Below are positions 44,733 through 53,771 of a stretch of 64,000 bases of DNA, one piece after another (position 1 is the stretch's first letter; the number at the start of each line of letters is the position of its first letter). A model generated the notes under the pieces. It ran no database searches, was not told the origin of the DNA, and saw nothing but the letters and a program-made list of their open reading frames with translations. A program made the translations under genes and the position numbers. The DNA is taken from the sequence record MZ443783.1; one strand, 5' to 3'.

Positions 44733-45983
44733 ATGTCAAACGCAAACAAAATTCTGCTTAACGCCCGTGTTCGTCGTACTGATGGCACCATCACTTACAT
44801 CAACAAAGTAAACGCTAACGGTTATAGCACCGACGCGAAAGGCCCGCAGATTCCTGTGAAGCGCATTGTGTTCGCAGGCAAAACGCTGAAAGAGATTGAA
44901 CAGCCATTCGCAAAAGGCGAGTACGTGATTGTGCAGGGTGTCGCTGTGAAGTTGAACAAGCGCCAGCAACGTGAACTGGCTGATGGTACTCTCGACGAGA
45001 AAGCGCTGCGTCCTGAGTTTGGCCGTTTGGTTACCATCGACCCTGAAACAGGCAAAGCAACTGACGGCAAGAAAGTGAAGCCGAAAGCTGACAAGAAAGA
45101 CGGTGGCCTGAAAGCTACGCGCAAGCATAGCGGCGATACCAGCACGAAGAAAGAGCGCAAAGCTGAGAAGGCGAATCTGAAAGACGACCTTGACTTCATT
45201 CAGTCTGACAAGATTGACCGTAAAGCCGAACTCGTCAAGCTCCTCGATGGCTCTATCGCTGACGCGAATACGAAAGAGCGCCGTAAGCAATTGTCCGAAG
45301 CGTTTGACATGGACTGGAAAGATCTTAAAAAGCACGGCGGTAAAGGTGTTGTCAAACATCTCGGCCGCAAGGCAGCACAAAGCGCCGTTGACCGTCTGTC
45401 TGCTACGCTGACGCAAGACGCATTCATCAAACAAATGCCGACTGAGTTGAAGCGCCTGATTCAAGACCGTCGTCTGGTTCTGAATAAGCGTCAGATTGAA
45501 GCTGTACTCTCTGCATTGGGTCTGGACGTTAAGTTCTACGCCATCGCAATGCAAACGCTGCTGGGTAACCTGTCGCTCGCTGTAGACGACACGGCCGTGA
45601 ATCCCAAAGCAGGTAAGAAAGCAAAGAAGCGCAAACCAGCAAAGCCTGAGTATGCGTCTGATAAAGAAATAAAGCGCCGTATCAAAAAGATGAAAGTCAG
45701 TTTGATCATGCCTCCTAAGAGCGAAATCAAAACGGCTAAAGCTCACCTGAAACAAGCGAAAGCCATTCTCGCCGACAAGCTGGGTATCTCGGCGAAAGAT
45801 ATCAAGCGCGGTCTGATCGTGCATCATAAGAACGGCGTTGACTACATGTTCGTTGCGTGTGACCTGCGCGGACCAATCTTCATCGACAAAGATGGTGATC
45901 CGTCTGTGTATACCTACGCCAACCTCGAATCGACTTTCGACTTCACGCTGGCGAAATCTTCTGAGCTGGATGAGGCTGTATGA
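44733..45983 (+). CDS. Lys-rich protein, apparent paralog of 43042
   Basis: GAGG-loop RBS; shares N-terminal and C-terminal domain patterns with 43042. Confidence 0.9.
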   Translation: MSNANKILLNARVRRTDGTITYINKVNANGYSTDAKGPQIPVKRIVFAGKTLKEIEQPFAKGEYVIVQGVAVKLNKRQQRELADGTLDEKALRPEFGRLVTIDPETGKATDGKKVKPKADKKDGGLKATRKHSGDTSTKKERKAEKANLKDDLDFIQSDKIDRKAELVKLLDGSIADANTKERRKQLSEAFDMDWKDLKKHGGKGVVKHLGRKAAQSAVDRLSATLTQDAFIKQMPTELKRLIQDRRLVLNKRQIEAVLSALGLDVKFYAIAMQTLLGNLSLAVDDTAVNPKAGKKAKKRKPAKPEYASDKEIKRRIKKMKVSLIMPPKSEIKTAKAHLKQAKAILADKLGISAKDIKRGLIVHHKNGVDYMFVACDLRGPIFIDKDGDPSVYTYANLESTFDFTLAKSSELDEAV

Positions 45984-46363
45984 CAAATAACGAAATACTC
46001 CTGTCTGGTATGTTTGCTCAACTGTATGCGCGGCTGGTAACGGCCGCAATACTGAAAACGCATGTGTTCTATTCTGACTTGGCCCCGATAGTATTCGGCA
46101 TCCAACTGTCCGAAGTGAGCACTGCGCAATATGACGCTCTGTGGAGTTTAGTAGCGACTTCTATGAGCGTCGATATCTCGCATGGAAGAGCACCGCTTGC
46201 TGCGCTCTATGTGTCGCGGTCAACTGATGATAAGAAGCCGAGCCGCAAGTTCTTCCGTGAGTATCACAAGATTACAGGCAAGCATCTGTCGGACAAAGAG
46301 TGGCAAGCACTCGTCCAGCAGGTGTACACTCAATACGAATCAAATCTCCGAGAGCCATCATGA
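45980..46363 (+). CDS. Hypothetical protein
   Basis: ATGA coupling. Confidence 0.75.
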   Translation: MTNNEILLSGMFAQLYARLVTAAILKTHVFYSDLAPIVFGIQLSEVSTAQYDALWSLVATSMSVDISHGRAPLAALYVSRSTDDKKPSRKFFREYHKITGKHLSDKEWQALVQQVYTQYESNLREPS

Positions 46364-46821
46364 AAAAAGCAAAGGTAGTAATTAGTCGTGGTGGATATCG
46401 ACCGGCCTCCCACGAAGAAGCACAAAAGCTGGTGGTCGAAATGTTGTTAGCTTCAATCGGCGTTGACCCTACTATACTGAGCCAGCAAATGCTGTTGAAC
46501 GTTGCGAACTATAACTTCCTGACGTCAATCGCAGATACAGGCAAAGCAAATAACGCGAACCAGACAACTCTGCATAAAACTGTAAAAGAACTTAATGCGT
46601 TTTGTAGATTGCACAAGATTCCGCTGGGCTTGCTAATTATGCCCCATACATCGGCTAGTGATTATGCTGGTGATGAGGTTGTAGCGATTCCGTGGGAGCA
46701 TGTGCGTAAAAACACATTAAGCCAGAACGCTGTCAATTCCCTGTTCCAAACAGTCGAAGCTGATGGCTATCCGCAGTTTGTGACTGACGCGAAAACAGTA
46801 GAGGAATACAATGTTTTATGA
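46360..46821 (+). CDS. Hypothetical protein
   Basis: ATGA coupling. Confidence 0.75.
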   Translation: MKKAKVVISRGGYRPASHEEAQKLVVEMLLASIGVDPTILSQQMLLNVANYNFLTSIADTGKANNANQTTLHKTVKELNAFCRLHKIPLGLLIMPHTSASDYAGDEVVAIPWEHVRKNTLSQNAVNSLFQTVEADGYPQFVTDAKTVEEYNVL

Positions 46822-48091
46822 TCACGTATTCAACCACGACGAAAAGCTAACGCTCTTGTCGGTGGCTGAGTCTAAATTTCTGGTGCGGCTCGACTGCCCT
46901 GATTACTTGAAGAAGTCGAAGCACTCAATTGAGATTCGCCACACTGTAACGAACCGCGGCGAGCAACGTCGAAGCGGTGTTGTGAATACAACCTTTGTTC
47001 CGCGTATTCATACTGCAACCGTTCAGCGTTTGGTGCGTGAAGTTCGTGACAATGCTAACGTTAGTTCTGCGAACAGCCTAGCCGCGTTGTTCGAACTTGG
47101 CCTGGGTGTGCCTAAGCAAAAGGACATTGCAACGTACCTGCGAGACTACTCGCGTGATAACGATAAGAAGGGCGTGGGCATCAAATATATCCGCAAACTG
47201 ATTAACGAGTATCATCGCAAGCACCGTCATAGTTTTGCAGGAAGTCGCTGGCTGATGCCTGCTGTGTACACCGCGAACTTGCTGAACATGCAGTCATTCA
47301 TTCATCTGAAAGAAGACGGTTACAGCAAGAAGGTCAAAGTGCCTGACGGTCTGCCTGTTGTTCTGATCTACCAGAACACGAACCACGCCGAAGCTGAGTT
47401 CTCTTTGTGTGACGCGTTTGCGATTAGCCCACTGGGTTATCCGATGCCGTTCGCCCAGATTGCTCTGCGTCCTGAGTTCAAAGCTGCACCGAAGACCTTC
47501 CGCTCTAAAGCGTTACGCGGCAAAGGTATGTATAGCATGGTGATGGGCATCATGCACTGGGAGAACGGCGATGCACTGTCGAACTTCCGCGAACTGATGG
47601 CTATCGACGACGAGCCGTATCTGACTCTGCTTGGCGATGAGCAATACGCTGACCGACGCAGCCCTGAGTATCAGGCTCTGTTGGACAAACGTGCTGAGTT
47701 CCATGAGCAACGCCACGAGCATAACGAAGCGATTGCGAAGTATGGCAACACGACCCGTACGCTCAAGCCTAAGCAGGTGGAACGACTCGAACGTGCGGAA
47801 GCCTTCTTCAAAGAACGCAAGGCGTTTATGGACGAGTTTGATAAGTTCGAGAAGAAAGAGAACCATCACGCTGCGAAGAAATTCGCTGTGGCCCGAGCGC
47901 AGTTTGCTGCCGTTGATTGTGGTACCGTTATCGACCGTTCAACCTACATGGCGGTTGCTTCCGGCCTTGATACTGTAAACAAGATTCTCACGAAGTGGGG
48001 ATTTACGACGGTCGACACTGTTAATAGTAGTTTGAAGAAGTCTATCCTTACATATGACCCAACGACCGCTACTCGCGTCTGGTCTGTGTAA
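46811..48091 (+). CDS. Hypothetical protein
   Basis: GAGGA RBS; 426 aa. Confidence 0.85.
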   Translation: MFYDHVFNHDEKLTLLSVAESKFLVRLDCPDYLKKSKHSIEIRHTVTNRGEQRRSGVVNTTFVPRIHTATVQRLVREVRDNANVSSANSLAALFELGLGVPKQKDIATYLRDYSRDNDKKGVGIKYIRKLINEYHRKHRHSFAGSRWLMPAVYTANLLNMQSFIHLKEDGYSKKVKVPDGLPVVLIYQNTNHAEAEFSLCDAFAISPLGYPMPFAQIALRPEFKAAPKTFRSKALRGKGMYSMVMGIMHWENGDALSNFRELMAIDDEPYLTLLGDEQYADRRSPEYQALLDKRAEFHEQRHEHNEAIAKYGNTTRTLKPKQVERLERAEAFFKERKAFMDEFDKFEKKENHHAAKKFAVARAQFAAVDCGTVIDRSTYMAVASGLDTVNKILTKWGFTTVDTVNSSLKKSILTYDPTTATRVWSV

Positions 48092-48115
48092 ACCACTTAT
48101 CTGAGGAGATAACGC

Positions 48116-51112
48116 ATGTCATCTAATACTAATAATCTGGGCGCTGCTGCAACATTCGGCTCTGAGACTCAAAAGCAATTGAACGACCAACAACGTCGTG
48201 CTCATTCTGCTGAGTCGGGCCACGTAAACAAATGTACCATCGTTGTACTGACTTCCCTGAATGCCAACAATCGTTTCTCGTACATGTCTGCCGACGAGCA
48301 ACTGCGTGAACACGATATCGTGGGCAAAGTAATGGACCGTCTGCCTGGTTTGATCGAACGTGCGTCTGGCGTTTCTTCTGACCCAAACAGTGCGTACCAC
48401 ATTCTGCATCCGAACAACGGCGTGCCGACCCGCATCGACGAGCGCATCAAAGTCGGTGAAGCTGATTCTGTCATCGTTTCATATACTGTAAATAAAGCAG
48501 TGTCAGAAATGTATGGCAGTTTGTCACTGGCTCTGTTTAGTGCTGGCGAAGGTGATATCGCAGACCTCGCGGCTGAGTATGGTATTCACTCCATCTCAAT
48601 CGTTGAAGAGGCGAAAGCGCCTGACTACATCAAAGCTCTTGCCGAACAGGTAGAAGCTCTGAAAATTGTAAATCTCACTAGCATTGACGAAGCTGATGGT
48701 GCTCTTGAGAAGCCTGTCATTAATTACAGCGCTCTGCCGGGCAATCCAATCAACGTACTGTCTGGCGCTGTTCGTACCTTCATCATGCAATCTATCAGCG
48801 GCGAAGTCTTTGCTGCAATTCCAAATAACGGAGAATTGAACGTGAAACAACCTACCAACGCAACGCCGGTTAATCTGGACGAAGACTTCGACGCAGAAGA
48901 CGAAGTGGTGGACCAGCAGGGCGAAGGCGAAGAAGGCGAAGAGCCTACCGGTACTGACCTGTTCGGCTACAAAGCAGAAGCGCTGGACATTGGCCAGATG
49001 ACCGAAGCGCTCGAAGCTCTGTCGTATGACGTTAGCGCGATGGACGAAGCAGGCATTCGTGAGTCGTTCGAAACTGAGCAACAAATCTGGCTGGAAAAGA
49101 ACGACAACGCCGAGTCTGATGAAGACGAAGACGATGGCGAAGAAGTTGAAGACGACGAAGACGAAGCTGGCGATGACGAACCTCTGAACCCGGCTCTGTA
49201 TCTGGCTCACCTGCTGTCTGCTGATATGCTGGACCGCCGCGCTCTGAAAACTCTGGTGCTGTCGCAGGACCTGAAGGTGTACAAGTCTGACACCGAAGAA
49301 ACTCTGACAACCAAGTTGTTGGAATCGGTTGAAGACGCAACCGAAGAAGAACTGGTCGAAATGCTGACCGTGTTCGTTGGCCTGCTGGACGAGAAAGAAA
49401 TTGATTGTCCGAACATGCGCGCCGCTCTGGCTTCTGATGAAGATTCCGAAGAAGATTCTGAGGAAGAAGAAGACGAAGAAGAGGAGTCTGAGGAAGAAGA
49501 CGAAGACGAATCTGCTGTTGCCGATGAAGACGAAGTGCAACATCAAATCGACGCCGTTGAAGATCCCCTCGACTACTTCCAGTTCCCGGGCGGCGCACTG
49601 ACTGCCGAGCAACGTATCGCTGCTGTCGAAGCGATGGGCGAAAACACCGAAGGCATGTCTATCGTGCAGGTGATGAAAGCGTTCCAGCGTATTCAAACCC
49701 AGACCAACGAAATCGACGTTGAGTCCGAAGGCGAAAGCAACGTTGCAGAACTCGAAGCGCTGCTCGGTCAGTACGACGAAGCGACCGTTCAGCATGTAGC
49801 TGAAAGCCTGGGCATCCTCGTTGACGAATGCGAAACCGTTGACGATATGATCGAAGCGATTGCTAACGGCGGTAGCGAAGACGACTTCGCGGCTGTTGAA
49901 GAAATCGCAACCAACTACGGTATCGACCTGTCTGAAATTGCAGACGGTGATGATCTGGACTTCGTTGATGCGCTGCTGGCCGTGCTGCCTGCGTTCCTGT
50001 CTGACGACGAGCAGGAAGAAGAAGAAGAAGAAGACGACGCCGAAGAAGACGAAGCGGAAGAAGTTGAAGAAGTCGCTGATGTTGACACCGACGTTGTTGA
50101 AAACGATAGCCTGCGTTTCGTCAAAGACGTTAACACCGAAAACTCTGCCGGCCCGATGCTGTCTGTTGAAATGGACCAGTCGCTGGTGATTAACTTCACT
50201 TTGACTGACGGTGATACCTACAGCGAAATCGAATCTGAGCTGTCTGATATCAACGGCGTAAACTACCGCTATCCGTTCAACATGGGTAAAGCTGGTAAAG
50301 CACCTGGCGCGATGCTGCTGCCTGCCCAGTCTCTGATTGAGATTACTGAGCGCACTCGCACTACTCGCTTCCTGGCCGATCCGAAAACGTTCGACGTTGC
50401 ACTGTGGGCGCAGAGCCTCGAAGCAACTCTGGCTGCTGAAATCGCTGCTGTCCTGTATGAAGGCCGCATCGAAGACGGTCAAGACCCAAGCGAAGCGGGC
50501 ATTGTTGTCGGTGACTTCCTGGACGAAGAGGAACTGGAAGCGGCCACTGAACTCGGTCACATCGACCCTGAGCAGTTCGACGAAATGCAAGGCGACCACC
50601 TGCCTATCTCCAGCCTGTACAGCGCTCGTTCTCGTGTGCGTCCAGTGCGTGTAGATACCGCTTACGTTGCTCTGCATACCACCGTGCTGAACGTTGCAGT
50701 CCCTGGTTTCTGGGGCGATGCGCCAGTACAACGTATGGTTCAGGCCGCTGTCAACCGTGTCATTACAATGGCGCAGGACGTTGAAGGCATCAAAGTGTAC
50801 GCAGGATTCACTATGGAATCTGCCGCACTGCTGAACAACGACCGCCTGTTCGAAGCGCTGTCTACGCTGCGTGAGATCGAGAACGTCCAGTCTTACTCTG
50901 CTGCTGACGCTGCGAACTTCGACGATGCCGAAGACGTGATCGAAGTGGCAGGTGCGCTCGACTCTCGTGACCTGCCACTGTCTATCCTGTCAAGCGGTCT
51001 GGCTGCTGCGACCTTTGACAACGGCGGTGACCTGACCGTTCTGGTTCCATGCTCTGTCGTCGAAGAAGAAGACGAAGTGGACGAAGACGAAGACGACGGC
51101 GAAGACGAATAA
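48116..51112 (+). CDS. 998-aa extremely acidic multidomain protein
   Basis: GAGG-loop RBS; several E/D tracts separating small helical modules. Confidence 0.9.
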   Translation: MSSNTNNLGAAATFGSETQKQLNDQQRRAHSAESGHVNKCTIVVLTSLNANNRFSYMSADEQLREHDIVGKVMDRLPGLIERASGVSSDPNSAYHILHPNNGVPTRIDERIKVGEADSVIVSYTVNKAVSEMYGSLSLALFSAGEGDIADLAAEYGIHSISIVEEAKAPDYIKALAEQVEALKIVNLTSIDEADGALEKPVINYSALPGNPINVLSGAVRTFIMQSISGEVFAAIPNNGELNVKQPTNATPVNLDEDFDAEDEVVDQQGEGEEGEEPTGTDLFGYKAEALDIGQMTEALEALSYDVSAMDEAGIRESFETEQQIWLEKNDNAESDEDEDDGEEVEDDEDEAGDDEPLNPALYLAHLLSADMLDRRALKTLVLSQDLKVYKSDTEETLTTKLLESVEDATEEELVEMLTVFVGLLDEKEIDCPNMRAALASDEDSEEDSEEEEDEEEESEEEDEDESAVADEDEVQHQIDAVEDPLDYFQFPGGALTAEQRIAAVEAMGENTEGMSIVQVMKAFQRIQTQTNEIDVESEGESNVAELEALLGQYDEATVQHVAESLGILVDECETVDDMIEAIANGGSEDDFAAVEEIATNYGIDLSEIADGDDLDFVDALLAVLPAFLSDDEQEEEEEEDDAEEDEAEEVEEVADVDTDVVENDSLRFVKDVNTENSAGPMLSVEMDQSLVINFTLTDGDTYSEIESELSDINGVNYRYPFNMGKAGKAPGAMLLPAQSLIEITERTRTTRFLADPKTFDVALWAQSLEATLAAEIAAVLYEGRIEDGQDPSEAGIVVGDFLDEEELEAATELGHIDPEQFDEMQGDHLPISSLYSARSRVRPVRVDTAYVALHTTVLNVAVPGFWGDAPVQRMVQAAVNRVITMAQDVEGIKVYAGFTMESAALLNNDRLFEALSTLREIENVQSYSAADAANFDDAEDVIEVAGALDSRDLPLSILSSGLAAATFDNGGDLTVLVPCSVVEEEDEVDEDEDDGEDE

Positions 51113-51120
51113 TATCGTCT

Positions 51121-51153
51121 AAACGAGTGGCTCGAAAGGGCCACTCGTTTTCT
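51121..51153 (+). terminator. Intrinsic terminator
   Basis: AAACGAGTGGCTC-GAAA-GGGCCACTCGTTT then TCTT. Confidence 0.9.
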
Positions 51154-51168
51154 TGGGGATCTGTAAAC

Positions 51169-51990
51169 ATGACACAAGAAGTAGACCACGGAGCTAACAT
51201 CGTTCAGATGATTGGTGACCGTGACGAGAAAATCCGCGAACTGACCACGAACTACCGCGAAGTGCATGGTCAGAAGGTTGACCTCGAAGCTGAGTTGAAT
51301 GTCTTTGCGAATGAGAACAAAGACCTCCGCTTAACGATTCGCCGCAACGAACGTACTCATGCCGCCGAGATTGCTCTGCGTGATGAACGCATTCGTGAAG
51401 TGGTTGGTTTCTGCAACGAAGAAACTCGCGCAAAAGCTGAGTTATCCGCAGAACTTGAATCTGTAAAACAAAAGAGCGCACCGGCAATTGCCCTGCCATT
51501 CGTTTTGCAGATGATAATGTCTGCTGGCGTAGCGCACTACCACGCGATCATCGCTCAATGCGCTATCGCTGCTGTTAACCGCGCAACAAATAAAGTTGCC
51601 CGCGAGTTGCGTGAAATTTATGATAACGATAATGTAGTGAAGCATCCTTCGCTGTATCGTGTCGCAACCCGCCTGTGTAAACAGCTCGATGTTGACCTGC
51701 CGTCTGTTCCTGAATTGCAGAAGCACCTCAAAGAACATGTGGCGCAGAACATCGACTTCTACCTGAAGGACCCGCAGTACGATCTGTCTGAATCTGCCTT
51801 GCGTCAGATTATCGCTGCGAAAAACAATGCCGCACATTATGGCTCTTATGGCCGTGACGTGTATCAGATGTTTGACTGGCTACCAGCTCTGACTGCAAGC
51901 CTGGAAGACGTTGAAGATGACTACAACGATTTGGTGGAACAATCTGTCTATCAAGTCTGTCGTAATCTGATTAACGATAGCTTTTCATAA
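51169..51990 (+). CDS. Coiled-coil hypothetical protein
   Basis: GGGGA RBS; heptad-like N-terminal half. Confidence 0.8.
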   Translation: MTQEVDHGANIVQMIGDRDEKIRELTTNYREVHGQKVDLEAELNVFANENKDLRLTIRRNERTHAAEIALRDERIREVVGFCNEETRAKAELSAELESVKQKSAPAIALPFVLQMIMSAGVAHYHAIIAQCAIAAVNRATNKVARELREIYDNDNVVKHPSLYRVATRLCKQLDVDLPSVPELQKHLKEHVAQNIDFYLKDPQYDLSESALRQIIAAKNNAAHYGSYGRDVYQMFDWLPALTASLEDVEDDYNDLVEQSVYQVCRNLINDSFS

Positions 51991-52744
51991 TCTGTAAAAG
52001 TTACCTGCAATCAAAACTGTAAACACTAATTGAAGTTCGAACCGAGCGACAAGCTCACACTTATAAAATCCCGGAGCATTAACAATGGCTAAAGCACCAA
52101 AGACTTCACTGACACCTACCCTGGTTTCTCGTATCGCTAAAAAATCCGGCTCTATCGGTACTTCAAAAGTTAAGCCGTCTGACCTGCCGCACGATATCGT
52201 GATGGAAACCGTGTTGCCTGTTGAGCTGATTGGCTTCATTACCGACCGCACCGAAAACAGCGTTACCATTCGTCACAAAAAAGGTCACGGTTCTTCTGCG
52301 CAAATCGTTTCTACCTTCGGCCCGAACCAACTGCTGTCCGTGCTGGGCGAAGCTGGTTCTCACGGTAGCGTTATCGCTCTGATTAATGCGCCGGTTCGTG
52401 AGTACAAAGGCTTCAACGTTAAATACAAAGGCTCAACGCTGATCGCTACCTCTGTTGAGACTGGCGAAGTTGTTGAAGTGAACACCGCACTGCCTGGCAT
52501 TACCGTTCGCGCTACTGTGAACGAAACTGCTGCCGCTAAAAAGTACGGTACGCCGCTGCCTACCAAAGCTAAAAAGCTGGACAAAGGCGACAAAGCTGGC
52601 AAATCTGCGAAAGCGGTAAAGAAAGTAAAAAAGTAAGTAAGTCTGACGAAGACTTCTAACTTTCGAAATCTGTAAATATTAAGTATGCAGCGGGCTAAAA
52701 TGTTCCGCTGCCTGTCTCTCGAAATCTGTAAATCTTAATTGAAG
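51991..52744 (+). promoter_or_regulatory. Cluster of CTGTAAA motifs (candidate second promoter class)
   Basis: Copies at 51991, 52016, 52669 and 52725. CTGTAAA-N3-TAATTGAAG occurs twice and TCGAAATCTGTAAAT twice. Confidence 0.5.
52085..52636 (+). CDS. Basic hypothetical protein
   Basis: GGAG RBS; Lys-rich termini; strong codon bias. Confidence 0.85.
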   Translation: MAKAPKTSLTPTLVSRIAKKSGSIGTSKVKPSDLPHDIVMETVLPVELIGFITDRTENSVTIRHKKGHGSSAQIVSTFGPNQLLSVLGEAGSHGSVIALINAPVREYKGFNVKYKGSTLIATSVETGEVVEVNTALPGITVRATVNETAAAKKYGTPLPTKAKKLDKGDKAGKSAKAVKKVKK

Positions 52745-52779
52745 CAACGTCGCTTCTAATCAAACAGGAAATAAATACC

Positions 52780-53553
52780 ATGGCTAAAGCAACCGCAAAT
52801 ACCGCAGCAATCGTTCTGGCTAAAATGCTGGGCGTAGTTATCGAAAACGCCGACGCGAAAGAAATCGCAGCAATCCTGAAAGAAGCCGGTCTGACTGTCT
52901 CTGGCGGTAAAGTGGTAAAAGCTGAAAAAGGCGGTAAAGCTGCTAAAGGCAAAAAGGCCAAAGCACCTACCGTTGCTGAAATCGTCGCTGCCATCAAGGA
53001 CGAAGAAGAACTGGACATCTCCGGCGTAAGCGAAGATGACCTGCGCGCCGCTGTAGTTAAAGCGAAACTGTCCACCGCTAAGAAAGCAAAAGCGCTGGAC
53101 GAAGATGACCTGCGCGATCTGCTGAACGAAAACCTGGGCGGCGAGTCCGATGAGGACGAAGACGAGGACGAAGACGAGGACGAAGACGACTCGGACGACG
53201 AAGATGAAGACGGCGACGACGAAGACGAAGACGACGAAGACTCTGATGAAGAAGAAGAGGACGACGAAGACGACGAAGACGGCGACGACGATGAAGAAGA
53301 AGACGAAGACGAGGATGAAGATGAGGACGAAGATGAAGATGATCTCGACCTCGACTCCCTCGACAAGAAAGAGCTGTTAGCTCTGGTCCTCGAACACAAG
53401 CTGGCGCCGGCTAAGAAAGCCAAGAAAATGGACGAAGATGAACTGCGCGAACTGTGCGAAGAACACTTCGGCGGCGAAGATGACGAAGACGAAGATGAGG
53501 ACGAAGACGACGAAGACTTCGACGATGAAGACGAAGACGAAGACGACGAATAA
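52780..53553 (+). CDS. Poly-Asp/Glu protein with two HeH-like repeats
   Basis: SEDDLRAAVVKAKL..KAKALDEDDLRDLL and DKKELLALVLEHKL..KAKKMDEDELRELC, separated by ~60 consecutive almost-all D/E residues. Confidence 0.9.
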   Translation: MAKATANTAAIVLAKMLGVVIENADAKEIAAILKEAGLTVSGGKVVKAEKGGKAAKGKKAKAPTVAEIVAAIKDEEELDISGVSEDDLRAAVVKAKLSTAKKAKALDEDDLRDLLNENLGGESDEDEDEDEDEDEDDSDDEDEDGDDEDEDDEDSDEEEEDDEDDEDGDDDEEEDEDEDEDEDEDEDDLDLDSLDKKELLALVLEHKLAPAKKAKKMDEDELRELCEEHFGGEDDEDEDEDEDDEDFDDEDEDEDDE

Positions 53554-53572
53554 GTCCTGATCTGAACCGGCC

Positions 53573-53746
53573 GCCCCTCTAGTTCTAACGAATGAGCGAG
53601 GGGCAAATATTCGTGTTAAAATGATGCGAATATTTTTGTAAAAAGTTTCAAAATTCCTGTTGTCGTATGTTGAACATAATAATGTATGACTACAGGAAAT
53701 CAAACCTGAATAAATTTATCTTTTCATCCAGCGGTGAAAACGCCGC
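53573..53746. repeat. Four consecutive inverted repeats in AT-rich intergenic DNA
   Basis: 53573-53604, 53605-53635, 53656-53696 and 53731-53746. Confidence 0.75.
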
Positions 53747-53771
53747 ATCAAATATAAAGTAAGGAACTATC

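Noticed and set aside
48596-50731. Long minus-strand ORFs (711 aa here; also 7-864, 37146-38174, 43678-44628, 44736-46049, 52695-53606, 53748-54461)
   Set aside because: They are antisense shadows of codon-biased + strand genes (GAA/GAC/AAA-rich), give F/V/S/L-rich nonsense, and have no RBS or promoter support. Promoters and U-tailed terminators point to the + strand.
52681-52735. Thirteenth promoter cassette (AAGTATGCA-GCG-GGCTAAAAT)
   Set aside because: GCA-to-GG spacing is 3 rather than 7 and there is no convincing -10 hexamer 36-38 bp downstream. At most a remnant.
53603-53655. Box-like GCA-N7-GT-GTT-AAAAT
   Set aside because: The invariant GG is broken and no -10 lies at the expected distance.
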